64,000 nucleotides of DNA. Origin: Candidatus Latescibacterota bacterium (lineage in GTDB: Bacteria; Latescibacterota; UBA2968; UBA8231). The stretch spans positions 1,376,001 to 1,440,000 of the forward strand of contig OZ253462.1 in the NCBI GenBank assembly GCA_965261395.1, written 5' to 3'. Position numbers and translations under genes: made by a program. Positions 20,816-32,377 of this stretch are shown here, in pieces (the stretch's first letter is position 1; each line of letters starts with the position of its first letter). Under the pieces are notes generated by a model. It had not been told where the DNA came from, did not search any database, and saw only the letters and a program-made list of their open reading frames with translations.

Positions 20816-21541
20816 TCAGCCTTCGTCGTATCCCTTTACAGGCCGCGCCCAGATATTGCGATAGCGCACTAGGTCGCCGTGATCTTGCAAGCGGAGCGGG
20901 CCGGTGGGGGGATGCGCTTCGTAGCGATAGACGCCGCGATGGCCCGTGGGGCCTAAGACCTCGACGTGATGGTGGACTAAGACGCCGTTGTGGATCAAAG
21001 TGAGATAGGCCGGGCTGACCAGCTCGGGGCCGTTGAAGCGCGGAGCCGTCCAGAAGATATCGTAGGTCTGCCATTCGCCGGGCGGGCGGCAGGCGTTGAC
21101 CAGCGGCGGGTACTCGCCATAGACGGCGGCTGTGGTGCCGTCGGCGTACGTGGGGTTGTCGTACCCGTCGAGGACTTGGATCTCGTATAGGCTCATGAGG
21201 AAGACGCCGCTGTTGCCGCGCCCTTGGCTCTCGCCTTTGACCTCGCTGGGGCAGGCGAATTCGAGGTGGTACTGGACGTCGCCAAAGCGCGCCGTGCTCA
21301 CTATGTCGCCGGTGCGGGGCACGACCTCCATGTATCCGTCGGCCATCTGCCAGGGGGCGTCGCCGCCGTTGGCGCTCTGCCAGCCGTCGAGGCTGGTCCC
21401 GTCGAAGAGGACGATCGCATCTGAGGGGAGGCTGTTGTCGCTGCCGGGCGTCACCACTGCTGGGGCGGGCCGCCGGTGATCGTGGACGCAATAGGGAGAG
21501 TTGGGTAGCAGAGGGGTGTCGTCGTACCCTGATTTGCCCAT
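20816..21541 (-). CDS. DUF1080 (3-keto-disaccharide hydrolase family) protein
   Basis: LFDG, HLEF, GNSGVF, YEIQVLD, GEWQTYDI, LQDHG...RYRNIW. Confidence 0.9.
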   Translation of the reverse strand: MGKSGYDDTPLLPNSPYCVHDHRRPAPAVVTPGSDNSLPSDAIVLFDGTSLDGWQSANGGDAPWQMADGYMEVVPRTGDIVSTARFGDVQYHLEFACPSEVKGESQGRGNSGVFLMSLYEIQVLDGYDNPTYADGTTAAVYGEYPPLVNACRPPGEWQTYDIFWTAPRFNGPELVSPAYLTLIHNGVLVHHHVEVLGPTGHRGVYRYEAHPPTGPLRLQDHGDLVRYRNIWARPVKGYDEG

Positions 21542-21662
21542 TTAGACAAGCTCCTTGTTGGGGTTAGATAGGTTGGGATATAAAGGGAGCAGGACGCGCT
21601 CGCGTCAATAGCTCGCCGTTGTGCATTACATTATATTAAGTGCCATTCAACGGGAGGACGTG

Positions 21663-23657
21663 ATGGTCCGCGCACCGATGTACAGAGTTGCTCTGATCGC
21701 GCTTGCGCTGTGCTCCTCGGCGGAGGCGCAAATATCGCTGTGGCAAATCGGCGGGGCCGGGCTGGCGTGGGACGAAAGCGACACCACGCGAGTCATCATG
21801 GCCATCGACGCGAATCGCATCCGGCCCGTGTATTTTGCCGACGATGACAACATGTTCCTATCGGTAGCGGGTTGGTCCGAGCTGATCATCCCGCGCGAGT
21901 TGGGGTACCTCGACGGGCATCAGCCGCGTCTGTGGTATGGCGACGGCACGAATGTCAACCAGACCTCGTACTACGACAGCCCGCTCTATGTGGATGGGCT
22001 GCGGAGCACGTACAACACGGCCCTCGACGGCTGGTGGACCCTAGACATCGGTGTGCCCGTGCCGGCCACGCACTTTGGGTTTGTCACGCCGACCGAGGGG
22101 ATCCGCTCCGACGGCGTGCAGCTCAACCAAGATCCCGTGCCGGCCTTTGAGGTGAGCATTGCCGCCGAGGTGAGCGACATCCTCGCGCAAAAGGGCTATT
22201 ACCGCTTGGGCACTCTCATCGCCGACGTGCCGGTCAACTTCGACCCGGAGGTCGAAATCGAGTTCCCCCAGCAATACGTGCGCTTTGTGCGCTACCAGCG
22301 CAAAGCATCCGTGCTCGACGAGCAGCGCACCACCGACAGCAACGCCGTACGCGGCACCATCGCCGAGTTTATACTCACTGGTCGCGGCGTGCCCAAGCGG
22401 GCCATTTACCGGAGCAAGATCCTCGACTTGGAGGGCGAGGTGAACTTTGGCCGCTTGGCGTGGGCAGCGCGCACCATGCGGATGGTCGGCGGAGAGGCCG
22501 TGGCCGTACCCGACGCCGAGGCATGGGTGGAGGTAGAGGTGCGGGCCGGCCGCGACGGCGACCCCAATATCTACTACGAGTACACGGACTCGGGCCGGGA
22601 GTTTGCGGTGACGCGCGAGCGCTACGAGAGCGAATTGCGCCTGCCCGAAACCGAGGGAATCCTGCAAATCGACCGCCAGCCCGGCATCCGCGCTTCCATT
22701 GGCTACGACAGCGAGAATTGGTCTTTTTGGTCTAGCCCCATCGCGGAATCCGGCACGTGGCTCGACCTGCGCAACGGCTCGCATTTGCAGCTCCAAATTA
22801 CCCTGCAAAGCCGGGCTTTCGGCGACTGGGTGGAACTCGATTCGCTGTGGATTGAAACCTCGCCATTGCTGGCCGATCAGATCGTGGGAGAGGTTGCGCG
22901 CGCCGCCGACATGCAGCCCGCCCCGGGTTTTGTCCAAGTCGAGTTGGGGGCGCGGGAGACCTTTGTGTACGACGTGCGAGCCTCGTTTGTCCGCGCCGCC
23001 GAGGGAGGCTTTGACCGAGTGCGGATCCACACCGGTATTGCGCCCGAGTTTGCGCGTTTGGAAATGGGCGACCCGCTCGTGGCCGTCGATCCGCTGGCTG
23101 TGGTCGAAGGCGATGCGAGCTTGGAAGTGGTCCTGCCGCGTAAAGTGACGGCCGCGTCCAACGACCCGCTGCGGGTGGTCTTTGACGTGGAGGTCTTTGC
23201 GCGCGCGACGACCTTTACCGGCGAGGTGTTGGCCGAGGGGGAGAGCCACCTGCCGCAGCCGATTGAGCCGGGCGATGCCAGTGCTGCCGTCTCCACCAAT
23301 AGTCTGCGGGTACTCGGGGCTGCGGAAACGACCTCGGAGATCATCCGGCGCGTGCGCTTGTCGAGCGGGGTCATCACGCCCAACGGCGACGGGGTCAACG
23401 ACCGCTTGGCTATAGATTACGCGCTCTTCCTGCTGCCCGCGCCCGTGCCGGTGGTGCTCAATGTGTACGACTTGGCGGGCAACCGCCGTGCCCAGATGGA
23501 GGTCGGTGCGCAGGGCACCGGTCCGCAGCGGGCTTTTTGGGACGGTCGCGACGAGCAGGGTGCACTCCTACCTCCGGGCCTGTACCTGTTGGACCTAGCG
23601 TTGGTGACCGAGGCCAAGCGCGGGCGCGCACTGCGGCCTGTCGGCTTGGTCTATTGA
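21663..23657 (+). CDS. secreted protein with C-terminal FlgD-Ig/CHU_C-like domain
   Basis: Signal peptide; ITPNGDGVND, VYDLAG, WDGRDEQG..LPPGLY. Confidence 0.8.
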   Translation: MVRAPMYRVALIALALCSSAEAQISLWQIGGAGLAWDESDTTRVIMAIDANRIRPVYFADDDNMFLSVAGWSELIIPRELGYLDGHQPRLWYGDGTNVNQTSYYDSPLYVDGLRSTYNTALDGWWTLDIGVPVPATHFGFVTPTEGIRSDGVQLNQDPVPAFEVSIAAEVSDILAQKGYYRLGTLIADVPVNFDPEVEIEFPQQYVRFVRYQRKASVLDEQRTTDSNAVRGTIAEFILTGRGVPKRAIYRSKILDLEGEVNFGRLAWAARTMRMVGGEAVAVPDAEAWVEVEVRAGRDGDPNIYYEYTDSGREFAVTRERYESELRLPETEGILQIDRQPGIRASIGYDSENWSFWSSPIAESGTWLDLRNGSHLQLQITLQSRAFGDWVELDSLWIETSPLLADQIVGEVARAADMQPAPGFVQVELGARETFVYDVRASFVRAAEGGFDRVRIHTGIAPEFARLEMGDPLVAVDPLAVVEGDASLEVVLPRKVTAASNDPLRVVFDVEVFARATTFTGEVLAEGESHLPQPIEPGDASAAVSTNSLRVLGAAETTSEIIRRVRLSSGVITPNGDGVNDRLAIDYALFLLPAPVPVVLNVYDLAGNRRAQMEVGAQGTGPQRAFWDGRDEQGALLPPGLYLLDLALVTEAKRGRALRPVGLVY

Positions 23658-23668
23658 GGGAGCAACGC

Positions 23669-26020
23669 ATGGCGATCTTTTTCTTATGCGCAGGTCTTGG
23701 CCTGTGGGCCGGCCCCCTCGTCGCCGAGATCTTTACCTTTGACAGCGCCGAAAAGTGGCAGACTTGGCAACTGCCGCAAGGGCTGGTACAGCTTGGCGCG
23801 TCTGGGCACCTAGAGTTGGTCAAATTCCGCAAGGCCATCGACCCCGTGCGCGATGCGGGCGGCTTTTTCCACGATACGATGGAGCGAAAAGCCGCGCAGG
23901 GCGGCATCTTTCGGGCTGGGTCCAATCCGGGCGACGCCTTCAAGATCATCGATGGCGACGCTAACACTTTCTGGCAGCCCGATCTGGCCGATCCGCTGGC
24001 CAAATGGGAAGTCGAGATTGACTTGGGTCGGGCGGTGTTGGCCCAAGAGCTGCGCTTATACTTCCCCGACCAAGCAGGCGCGCGTCCCTTGCGGCAGTTT
24101 ACGGTCTATGTGGCCACCGGGGCGACGATCGACCCCCGCAAGGACCTCTTCCGCTTCGAGCCGGTGTATCAGACGACCTTGCCCAACGAAGAGACCGAGA
24201 CCCGCATCGAGCTGAGCGGGCGCAACGACACCACGCGGGTCCTAGACCCCGGTTTGGACGTGGTGCTGGAGGATGCGGCGCGTTTCCGGGTCATCCAGTA
24301 CATTCGCATCGGCGTCGATGAGCAGAGTGCGGACGCAGCCCTCGCCGAGGTCGAGGTGAGCGCCGTCGGCGACAACCTCAGCCTCGGTACCCTAGAGCGC
24401 GGTGGGACCTTCGCAACCGGCCTAGTCGTCCGCGACGTGGTGGGTTTGGTTGACGGCGACATGAATACCTATGCCAACAAGTTCACTACCTATCGAGCCA
24501 CCTCCGGCTGGCGCAACGAAGGGCTGTGGTGGGAGCTGGATCTAGGGGCCCAGTTCTGGATCGACGAGATCCTCCTCTACTTCAACAACCAAGGCGAGGG
24601 GGCTTCCGGCTCTTCGGTGCGCAACGGGGGCACGGGATTCGCCTTCTTGGTCTCGGACGGGCGGCGCACGACCTCGGGCGAGGTGGACTACGATCGCTTG
24701 GTGGGCCAAGGCAACGAGCAGGAGCCCTTCGCCGGTCCAGAGCGGCACTATCGCTACCTGTTCGAGCCGCGCAAAGTGCGCTACCTGTTTTGGCACGGCT
24801 TCCTGCGCGGCCTCCCGAATTCGTGGGAGTGGCACGCGCGCGCGGCAGAACTGATGCTGTTTTCGCCCGGTTACCCGGCACAAGTGGTGCTGCGCTCGGG
24901 CTTCATTGACTTGGGCCAGATCGTCGGCGACGGCCGCTCCAAGGCCATTAAGAATCTGTCGTGGGATGCGGATTTGCCAGTGGGAACGCGGATGCAGTTG
25001 CGTTCCCGCTCGGGCGTGGTGCTCAGCGAGGAGTACACATTTCACAACAAGATCGGCGAAGAGGTCACCGAAGAGAAATGGATCAGCTCGCCCAAGGTAC
25101 TGCGCGGCCGGGTGGATACCGCACTGGTCGTCGGCGAGGATTGGGGCGAGTGGAGCAATGTCTATCAGCTTTCGGGCGAAGCCTTCCAGTCGGATAGTCC
25201 GCGCCGCTTCATCCAGCTAGAGGCCTTGCTTTCGACCGAGGATCCGCGGGTTGCGCCCGTGTTGCGCTCGCTGTCGATCGAATTTGAGGACGCCTTGGTG
25301 ACTGAGGCCAGGGGGCAGATCTGGCCGCGTCAAGCTCAGCCTAACGAGGACACGCGCTTTACCTATACGCTGTGGCCTACGGCTGCCGAGGACGATAGCG
25401 GCTTTGACCGGCTGCGGCTCATCGCTCCCGGCGGCTGGCTGGAGGCCGGAGCAGTGGAGGTGAACCTTGCCGGTGAGACCATCGCCCCGGAGGAGGTCGC
25501 GCTGCGGGGCGACTCCCTTTTCGTGACCTTAGGTCAGCGCGTTGGCGGCGACTCGCTGGAAGTCCATTTCACCGCGCGCTTGTGGCGCAATGCCACGGTC
25601 TTCAGCGCAGAGCTTGGCCACGCCGACCGGCCGGGCCTTTGGCAGTCGGTGGAGGCCGCTGCTCGGCGCGCCAACGTGGTGCTCCTACCGGCCCTAGCTG
25701 GCAGCGACCGCCTAATCGGCGACTTGGAGCTGTCGCCCACCGCCTTCACGCCCAACGGCGACGGCATCAACGATCAGGTGCAAATCCGGTTTGTGATTTT
25801 TAAGGTCGAGGAAGCCATGCCGCAGGTGCGGATCCTCGACTTGGTGGGGCGGGTGGTAGCCGAGCTTTCCGGCGCGCTTGGGGGAGTTGCCGCGTACACG
25901 TGGTCGGGCCGCGATGCACACGGGGCGGCCGTGCCTCCGGGCCTGTATCTCTGCCACATTGATTTGGGGGCGGCAGCCGGCGAGAGCGTGGCTGTGCGCC
26001 CCGTCGCTGTCATCTATTAA
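23669..26020 (+). CDS. secreted protein with discoidin-like domains and C-terminal FlgD-Ig/CHU_C-like domain
   Basis: Signal peptide; IDGDANTFW...IDLGR and DGDMNT...LDLG; [15 protein letters not shown]...PPGLY. Confidence 0.8.
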   Translation: MAIFFLCAGLGLWAGPLVAEIFTFDSAEKWQTWQLPQGLVQLGASGHLELVKFRKAIDPVRDAGGFFHDTMERKAAQGGIFRAGSNPGDAFKIIDGDANTFWQPDLADPLAKWEVEIDLGRAVLAQELRLYFPDQAGARPLRQFTVYVATGATIDPRKDLFRFEPVYQTTLPNEETETRIELSGRNDTTRVLDPGLDVVLEDAARFRVIQYIRIGVDEQSADAALAEVEVSAVGDNLSLGTLERGGTFATGLVVRDVVGLVDGDMNTYANKFTTYRATSGWRNEGLWWELDLGAQFWIDEILLYFNNQGEGASGSSVRNGGTGFAFLVSDGRRTTSGEVDYDRLVGQGNEQEPFAGPERHYRYLFEPRKVRYLFWHGFLRGLPNSWEWHARAAELMLFSPGYPAQVVLRSGFIDLGQIVGDGRSKAIKNLSWDADLPVGTRMQLRSRSGVVLSEEYTFHNKIGEEVTEEKWISSPKVLRGRVDTALVVGEDWGEWSNVYQLSGEAFQSDSPRRFIQLEALLSTEDPRVAPVLRSLSIEFEDALVTEARGQIWPRQAQPNEDTRFTYTLWPTAAEDDSGFDRLRLIAPGGWLEAGAVEVNLAGETIAPEEVALRGDSLFVTLGQRVGGDSLEVHFTARLWRNATVFSAELGHADRPGLWQSVEAAARRANVVLLPALAGSDRLIGDLELSPTAFTPNGDGINDQVQIRFVIFKVEEAMPQVRILDLVGRVVAELSGALGGVAAYTWSGRDAHGAAVPPGLYLCHIDLGAAAGESVAVRPVAVIY

Positions 26021-26039
26021 CCCTTGCGCAAGGAGTTCC

Positions 26040-27452
26040 ATGTCCCGTCCCAACATCCTCTTCATTATGACCGACGACCACGCGGCCCACGCCATGAGTT
26101 GCTACGGCAGCCGCATCAACACCACGCCCAACCTCGACCGCATCGCCCAAGGCGGCATGCGCTTTGACAACTGTTTTTGCACCAATTCCATTTGTGGCCC
26201 CTCCCGCGCCACCATCCTCACCGGCACGTACAATCACGTCAACGGCATGACCACCTTGAACTCGCGCCACGACAACCGCCAGCTCAACTTCGCCAAGCTC
26301 TTGCAGGACGTCGGCTACCAGACCGCCATCGTCGGCAAATGGCACCTAGGCCAAGGACCGGCCCACTGGCCCACCGGCTTCGACTACTACAACATTCTCC
26401 AGGGCCAAGGTCCCTATTTCGACCCGGAAATGGTGTGCAACGGCGACAAGGTCCAATACCAGGGCTACACCACCGATATTATCACCGATCTGTCGCTCGA
26501 CTGGCTCAAGGCGCGCGACAAGGACCGACCCTTCTGCCTGCTGTACCACCACAAGGCACCGCACCGCCCGTGGGAGCCGGACGAAAAACACGCCCATCTG
26601 TACGAAGACGAAGATATTCCCGAACCGGAGACCTTTGACGACGACTACCAGAATCGGGCGGCGGCAGCCGGGGCCGCCAAAATGCGGATCGACCGCGACC
26701 TCAACGCCACCGATCTCAAGCGGCCCGTCCCCGCAGGGCTGACCCCAGAAGAGGAAAAGAGGTGGAAGTACCAGCGCTATATAAAGGATTATCTGCGCTG
26801 CGTCGCCTCGGTCGATGACAACGTCGGTCGCGTGCTGGACTATCTCGACGCCGAGGACATTGCCGACGACACCATCGTCGTCTATACCTCGGATCAGGGC
26901 TTTTTCCTCGGCGACCACGGCTGGTACGACAAGCGCTTCATGTACGAGGAATCGCTGCGCATGCCTTTCCTCATCCGCTATCCTCGTGCCATTGCCGCCA
27001 GCAGCGTCAGCGCCGACATGATTCTCAACGTTGACTTTGCCCCCACGTTCCTCGACTACGCTGGCGTCGCCATTCCCGACTCGTTCCAGGGTCGCTCTAT
27101 GCGCCCCGTGCTGGAAGGACGGACCCCGGACGACTGGCAGACTGCGATGTATTACCGCTACTGGATGCACTTGGCGCACCACCACGTGTACGCCCACTAT
27201 GGGGTCCGCACCCTGCGCTACAAGCTCATCTACTACTATGCCGACGCCCTAGGCCAGCCTGGTGCGCTAGACGAGGCCAAAGAGCCGGAGTGGGAATTGT
27301 TCGATCTGGAAAATGATCCGTGCGAACTGGTCAATGTGTACCACGACTCGGCCTACGCCGAAGTGGTGCGCCATTTGCGCGGGGAATTGCGCCGCCTACA
27401 GGAAAAAGTGGGCGACCAGCCCTATGTGGGGGAAGATCCGCTGCCGGATTGA
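26040..27452 (+). CDS. sulfatase (formylglycine-dependent, S1)
   Basis: [17 protein letters not shown] (CxPxR), GKWHLG, SDQG..LGDHG..DKR; RBS AGGAG. Confidence 0.93.
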   Translation: MSRPNILFIMTDDHAAHAMSCYGSRINTTPNLDRIAQGGMRFDNCFCTNSICGPSRATILTGTYNHVNGMTTLNSRHDNRQLNFAKLLQDVGYQTAIVGKWHLGQGPAHWPTGFDYYNILQGQGPYFDPEMVCNGDKVQYQGYTTDIITDLSLDWLKARDKDRPFCLLYHHKAPHRPWEPDEKHAHLYEDEDIPEPETFDDDYQNRAAAAGAAKMRIDRDLNATDLKRPVPAGLTPEEEKRWKYQRYIKDYLRCVASVDDNVGRVLDYLDAEDIADDTIVVYTSDQGFFLGDHGWYDKRFMYEESLRMPFLIRYPRAIAASSVSADMILNVDFAPTFLDYAGVAIPDSFQGRSMRPVLEGRTPDDWQTAMYYRYWMHLAHHHVYAHYGVRTLRYKLIYYYADALGQPGALDEAKEPEWELFDLENDPCELVNVYHDSAYAEVVRHLRGELRRLQEKVGDQPYVGEDPLPD

Positions 27453-27513
27453 GCTAGGTGAAGCCCAAAGCGGTACACTCGCAGGTTTTAAGACGGCTGC
27501 TGGGAGAAAACTC

Positions 27514-29334
27514 ATGCCCGAATCATATCGCGGTTCACATCAGCAGTACGACGCGGTTTGCCAATCCAACGTGATGATTCCGATGCGCGATGGCGTATGC
27601 TTGGCAACCGACATCTACTTTCCTGCGCTGGGCGGTCAGCCGGCGGCGGGAAAATTTCCGGTAATTTTGGAACGCACTCCCTACGACAAGGCAGCCGCGG
27701 GCAATGTGACGAATGGTGCGTACTACGCCCGGCGCGGTTACGTCTGCGCGATTCAGGATGTGCGCGGCCGCTTTGCCAGCGACGGCGAGTGGTATCCATT
27801 TGCCAAAGAAGCCCCCGATGGCTACGACACGGTGGAATGGCTCGCCGCGCAAGAGTGGAGCGATGGACAAATCGGCACGATGGGCGGGTCGTATTGCGGC
27901 AGCGATCAGTCGGCGCTGGCAACGCTCAACCCGCCGCATCTGGCGACGATGATCGTCGCTGTTGGCGCGTCGAATTACTACCACTGTTCGATGCGCCAAA
28001 ACGGCGCGCTCGAACAACGGTTCATGATCTATGCCTTCCGCATGGCGACTACCAGCAAGGAAGCGCTTGCCGATGTTAACATCAAAGCCGCGGTTGACAA
28101 GGCGTTTGCCAATGTGGACGAGTGGGTGTCGCGTGCTCCGCTCAAGAAAGGCACATCGCCGTTGCGGATGCTGCCGAATTACGAACAATGGGTGCTCGAT
28201 CTGTTCACGCACGGAGAGTACGATGATTACTGGAAGCAACGCGGGTACGCCATCTCCCAGTATTACGAAGAGCACGCTGACGTGCCGACTCTCTACCTAG
28301 GTGGATGGTATGATTCGTATGCGCGGGCGACCTGCGAGAATTTTACGGTACTCAGCAAAATGAAAAAGTCGCGGCAGGTGTTATTGATGGGACCGTGGAC
28401 GCATGGCGGCTGGAGTGTGTCGAATGCCGGCGACGTTGATTTCGGCAATCACTCCTTCATTAATTACAATGACCTGCGGCTGGCGTGGTTCGACCACTTC
28501 CTCAAAGGGCAGCACACAGAAGTCGCTGACTGGTCGCCGGTCAAGATTTTCGTGATGGGCACTGGCGAGGGCACAGCCAACTATCAGGGACGCCTCCATC
28601 ACGGCGGCCATTGGCGCGACGAGCAGGACTTTCCCCTGCCCGACACCCAGTTCACGCCGTACTATCTGCACGCCGCTGGCGAGCTGTCCACCGCGCTACC
28701 AACGACTGGTCGCCCAGCAAGCCGCTTTAGCTTTGATCCGCGCGATCCCGTTCCAACTATTGGCGGCGGAATCTCCGCTGCGGACCCCATCATGGGTGCT
28801 GGTGCGTTTGACCAGCTAGGGGACTCCAGGTTCTTTGGCTGCAAAGACACCCTACCTCTCAATGCCCGCAGCGATGTCCTGACCTTCCAGACCGATCCGT
28901 TAGAGAACGATGTGGAAGTCACGGGGCCAATTACGGTTAAACTCTACGCCTCATCATCGGCCCGCGATACTGACTTCACAGCCAAACTGATCGACGTTTG
29001 TCCATTGAGCGATGACTATCCCGATGGGCTTGCCATCAACCTGACAGACTCCATCATCCGCGCCCGCTACCGCAATAGTTGGGATGCTCCAGAATTATTG
29101 GAACCGGGGAAGGTTTACGAATTCGTCTTTCAACTGTATCCGACGTCCAACGTCTTCAAGAAGGGACATCGGATTCGCTTAGACATTTCTAGCAGCAACT
29201 GGCCGCGCTTTGACGCGAATCCGAATACGGGCGGCGATTTGGGCTTTGAGCGGCGGTTTGAGATTGCAGAGCAGGCGATCTATCACGAGCCTGAACACCC
29301 GTCGCATGTGGTTTTACCCATTCTTGAGCGCTAA
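27514..29334 (+). CDS. CocE/NonD family hydrolase
   Basis: IPMRDG, RTPY, QDVRGR, GGSYCG, GGWYD, GPWTH, GHRIRLDISSSNWP. Confidence 0.92.
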   Translation: MPESYRGSHQQYDAVCQSNVMIPMRDGVCLATDIYFPALGGQPAAGKFPVILERTPYDKAAAGNVTNGAYYARRGYVCAIQDVRGRFASDGEWYPFAKEAPDGYDTVEWLAAQEWSDGQIGTMGGSYCGSDQSALATLNPPHLATMIVAVGASNYYHCSMRQNGALEQRFMIYAFRMATTSKEALADVNIKAAVDKAFANVDEWVSRAPLKKGTSPLRMLPNYEQWVLDLFTHGEYDDYWKQRGYAISQYYEEHADVPTLYLGGWYDSYARATCENFTVLSKMKKSRQVLLMGPWTHGGWSVSNAGDVDFGNHSFINYNDLRLAWFDHFLKGQHTEVADWSPVKIFVMGTGEGTANYQGRLHHGGHWRDEQDFPLPDTQFTPYYLHAAGELSTALPTTGRPASRFSFDPRDPVPTIGGGISAADPIMGAGAFDQLGDSRFFGCKDTLPLNARSDVLTFQTDPLENDVEVTGPITVKLYASSSARDTDFTAKLIDVCPLSDDYPDGLAINLTDSIIRARYRNSWDAPELLEPGKVYEFVFQLYPTSNVFKKGHRIRLDISSSNWPRFDANPNTGGDLGFERRFEIAEQAIYHEPEHPSHVVLPILER

Positions 29335-29370
29335 GCGAGCCACGAAACGTACAGGTGAAAAGTCCGCCGC

Positions 29371-30378
29371 TCACAAACGCGTCCCCTGCTCTTTGAACCA
29401 ATCGAAGGCGTCGCGGATTGATTCTGCAAGTGGCCGAGATTCGTATCCCAATAGTTCCCTCGCTGAGGATTGATCAACGGATACCGGGCAGTCGTGCAAG
29501 AGTTTGAGCGAGTTTCGGGAGTAAAGAGGCGGTCGGATTCGCCTAGCGGCATGTTTAATCAAGGGCAAACCTGCCCGAGCCAGAAAATGGGATATGACAG
29601 GGCGCATCACGCTATGTCCCAAGACCTGAGAACATAGACGCGCCAGTTGAACGGTCCTTGCGTATCGCCCCGCAGTAAAATGAACCTCACCCCCGTATTC
29701 GTTGGTCCCCACAGCATTCGCTATGGCATTTGCCACGTCGCGCACGTCGCTCCACCAAAATCCCCCCTTGACGAGACACGGAAGCTGCTTGCGCGCTATG
29801 GCGAGCAACGCGCTGCCGACGAGGGTCGGTTCACTGTCGCCGGGGCCTATGAGGGCCGAAGGACAGACGATAGATGCATTGAGCCAACCGCCTCTCGTCG
29901 CGTCAAGCACGCTTACATGCGCTTCGGCTTTTGTGGCCTTGTAGGGGATTTTGGAATGCTGATCCAGTTTTGAACTGACACTTAGAGTCGTTCCACTCAG
30001 CGGGCTGAATGCGTGGATGGAACTGATGTGTACCAGTTTGCGGACGCCGTTGCCAATACATGCTTGAATCACATTGCGGGTGCCCGTCAGGTTGACTTCA
30101 TCAGCTAAACCTGCGGGATCATCGTCAATGGGCACAATCTCGGCACTGTGGACGACGGCGTGAGCATTTTGGAATGCTTGGTTCAACGACTCAGGATTGC
30201 GGACATCGGCCGACCGCAATTCGACCTGTTTGCTCAGGTCCTCGGGAAGTTTGCGATTGCTACCCTCGCGCGTAACCGCGCACACCGCATACCCGCAGTG
30301 CAACAAGGCGCGACATATATGGCTGCCGAGAAAGCCCGCAGCACCGGTCACCGCCACTGTGCTACCCGTGTCACTCAT
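29371..30378 (-). CDS. NAD-dependent epimerase/dehydratase (dihydroflavonol reductase/HpnA-like)
   Basis: TGAAGFLG, NLTGT, HISS, YKATK, DVRDVA. Confidence 0.85.
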   Translation of the reverse strand: MSDTGSTVAVTGAAGFLGSHICRALLHCGYAVCAVTREGSNRKLPEDLSKQVELRSADVRNPESLNQAFQNAHAVVHSAEIVPIDDDPAGLADEVNLTGTRNVIQACIGNGVRKLVHISSIHAFSPLSGTTLSVSSKLDQHSKIPYKATKAEAHVSVLDATRGGWLNASIVCPSALIGPGDSEPTLVGSALLAIARKQLPCLVKGGFWWSDVRDVANAIANAVGTNEYGGEVHFTAGRYARTVQLARLCSQVLGHSVMRPVISHFLARAGLPLIKHAARRIRPPLYSRNSLKLLHDCPVSVDQSSARELLGYESRPLAESIRDAFDWFKEQGTRL

Positions 30379-31192
30379 GCCTGCCGTCCTGACTCTTGGC
30401 TGCTCTTCCCTATGACCAATTCTTTGGCCAGGAAAAATGCGCGTTGATATCTTCCACGTATTTCATCGGTTCATTGGGTTCAATATTAAACAACGCGTCC
30501 AGTGTCTCCAACCCATGCTCATAAGATTTTGTCTCTTTGCTTTCGAGCACGCCAAACAGCAGCATCGATTTATCGCCCGACAAGACCGCTTCGAGGGTGC
30601 GCTCCATGTCGAGCCAGTCGGGATAGATGCATTCCAGCATGATTTTCTTGGGTAACGGCGGCACGCGCAAAGGCTGAATGCCTTTCTTATTCACGATCGC
30701 GGGGACTTCCACCGCCACGTCGTCGGGAATGCCCGGCAGGGCTCCGCAATTGGGCACATTCACCTGAAACTGGCCTTCCACGTTGTTGACCAGTCCGTTC
30801 ATAATGGGAATATGCTGCTCGGGCGTCATCTGATCGCCAAACAGATCAACCGGCCGGATTTTCTCATCATAGGCCGCCGCTTTCATCTGCTCGTACTTTT
30901 TGGCCTTGCCCGCTAGCACTGCATCGCGCCCAGCCGGCGTGTCTTTGCCGCCATTGGGGTCGTACCAGTATTTCCGCGTCGCCAAATCCGTGTGATACCA
31001 CCAGCCACCGCGCCGAGGCGTATCGCCAATGGGCATCAGGCCATACATCTTGTATTGATGAATCGCCGCGCGCGACATCTGCGTGGGGATCGCCTTGCCT
31101 TCGCGGGTCATTCTTTCCCAATACGCCTCGCTTTCTTCGGCGATCCACTGATTCAGCGTTGGGTACATGTCTTTGTTTTCATAGATGAAATC

Positions 31193-32377
31193 GGCTTTGT
31201 TGCATGAAAACCGGTCGGGGCCGTGTTGGCTTCTTTCGCGTGTGATTTACGCTTTTTTGGTTAGCGGATAGGACTCAGGTTTCGCCAACGCCCGCATCCG
31301 GTTGAGCAAGGCACAGCCCAACCGCGCTTCGGTCTGTTGGTTGGTTAGGGTTCGGGTGCGCAAGGTGTCACCAAGTATCTGTTTGTAGCGGCCTATCTGC
31401 GTTTCGGCTACCGAGCGTCGATGATAGCCGCTCTCGTGTTTCCAACCTCGACGGCCCCGTTTGCGGATGGCTCGAATCGTCTCATCGCGGGGCAACGGCT
31501 CGGCGTTGGTGTTGCCATGTTGCTCGATTTTGGCGTCCTTGCGCGGCGGAATGATCGGATGAATAGGTGCCCCCTGCTCGGGCGCGGCCAACGCCTTGAA
31601 CACCTTGCGTTTGTCATAGGCCCCATCGCCGCCCAACGCCTCCACGGGGGCCTCGATCTGTGCCAGCAACGGCTCCACCTGCCCCGCATCATCGTGGCTA
31701 TTCGTCGTCAAGGTCTGCGCGACGATCTCGCCGGTGGCTTCATTAACCCCGAGGTGCAATTTGCGCCACGTGCGCCGCTTGCTCCAGCCGTGCTGACGCA
31801 CCTTCCATTCGCCTTCGCCATACACTTTCAGCCCGGTCGAATCCACCACCAAGTGCATCGGTTGGTCTCCCCGCTGGGGCGGCCACGCCACGGCTAAACC
31901 CGCCTGACGGCGCGACAGGGTCGTGTGATCGGGCACCCGCAGATCCAAGCCCATCAGGGCCAACACCGAAGCGACAAACCCCTCGGTTTGGCGTAGGGGC
32001 AAGTGATACAAAAGACGCAGCGTCAACGCCGTTTGGATGGCGACCTCCGAAAAGGTATATTGCGCCCCCCGCTGAGGCGGCCCTTGATAATACCAAGCTT
32101 CGACGGCCTGGGGCGTGAACCACACCGTCAGACTACCGCGCTGTTGCAGCCCGGCCTCATAGTCGGCCCAATTACGTACCCGGTACACGACGTTGGAGCG
32201 ACGGCGAGGCGAGCGACCAGGCTTGACGGAAGAGGGGCAAGACGATAGGTTGGCCATGACAGGTTCCTTGGACGAGAAAGCATGGGTTTTTTGGCGAAAG
32301 TCGTGCTCAATCTACTGAGGAGCCTGTTTTTATTCAACCGATCAACCGAAAAAAACACCAATTCATGCACCAAAGCC
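31193..32377 (-). mobile_element. IS5 family (IS903 group) insertion sequence
   Basis: IRs GGCTTTGTTGCATGAA / TTCATGCACCAAAGCC (1 mismatch); 9-bp TSD GATGAAATC at 31184-31192 and 32378-32386. Confidence 0.95.
31247..32257 (-). CDS. IS5 family transposase
   Basis: NW..Y...L..RGSLTVW, LRQTEG, VDSTGLKVYGEGEW, WRKLHLG, GDGAYD, YHRRS..ET. Confidence 0.95.
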   Translation of the reverse strand: MANLSSCPSSVKPGRSPRRRSNVVYRVRNWADYEAGLQQRGSLTVWFTPQAVEAWYYQGPPQRGAQYTFSEVAIQTALTLRLLYHLPLRQTEGFVASVLALMGLDLRVPDHTTLSRRQAGLAVAWPPQRGDQPMHLVVDSTGLKVYGEGEWKVRQHGWSKRRTWRKLHLGVNEATGEIVAQTLTTNSHDDAGQVEPLLAQIEAPVEALGGDGAYDKRKVFKALAAPEQGAPIHPIIPPRKDAKIEQHGNTNAEPLPRDETIRAIRKRGRRGWKHESGYHRRSVAETQIGRYKQILGDTLRTRTLTNQQTEARLGCALLNRMRALAKPESYPLTKKA

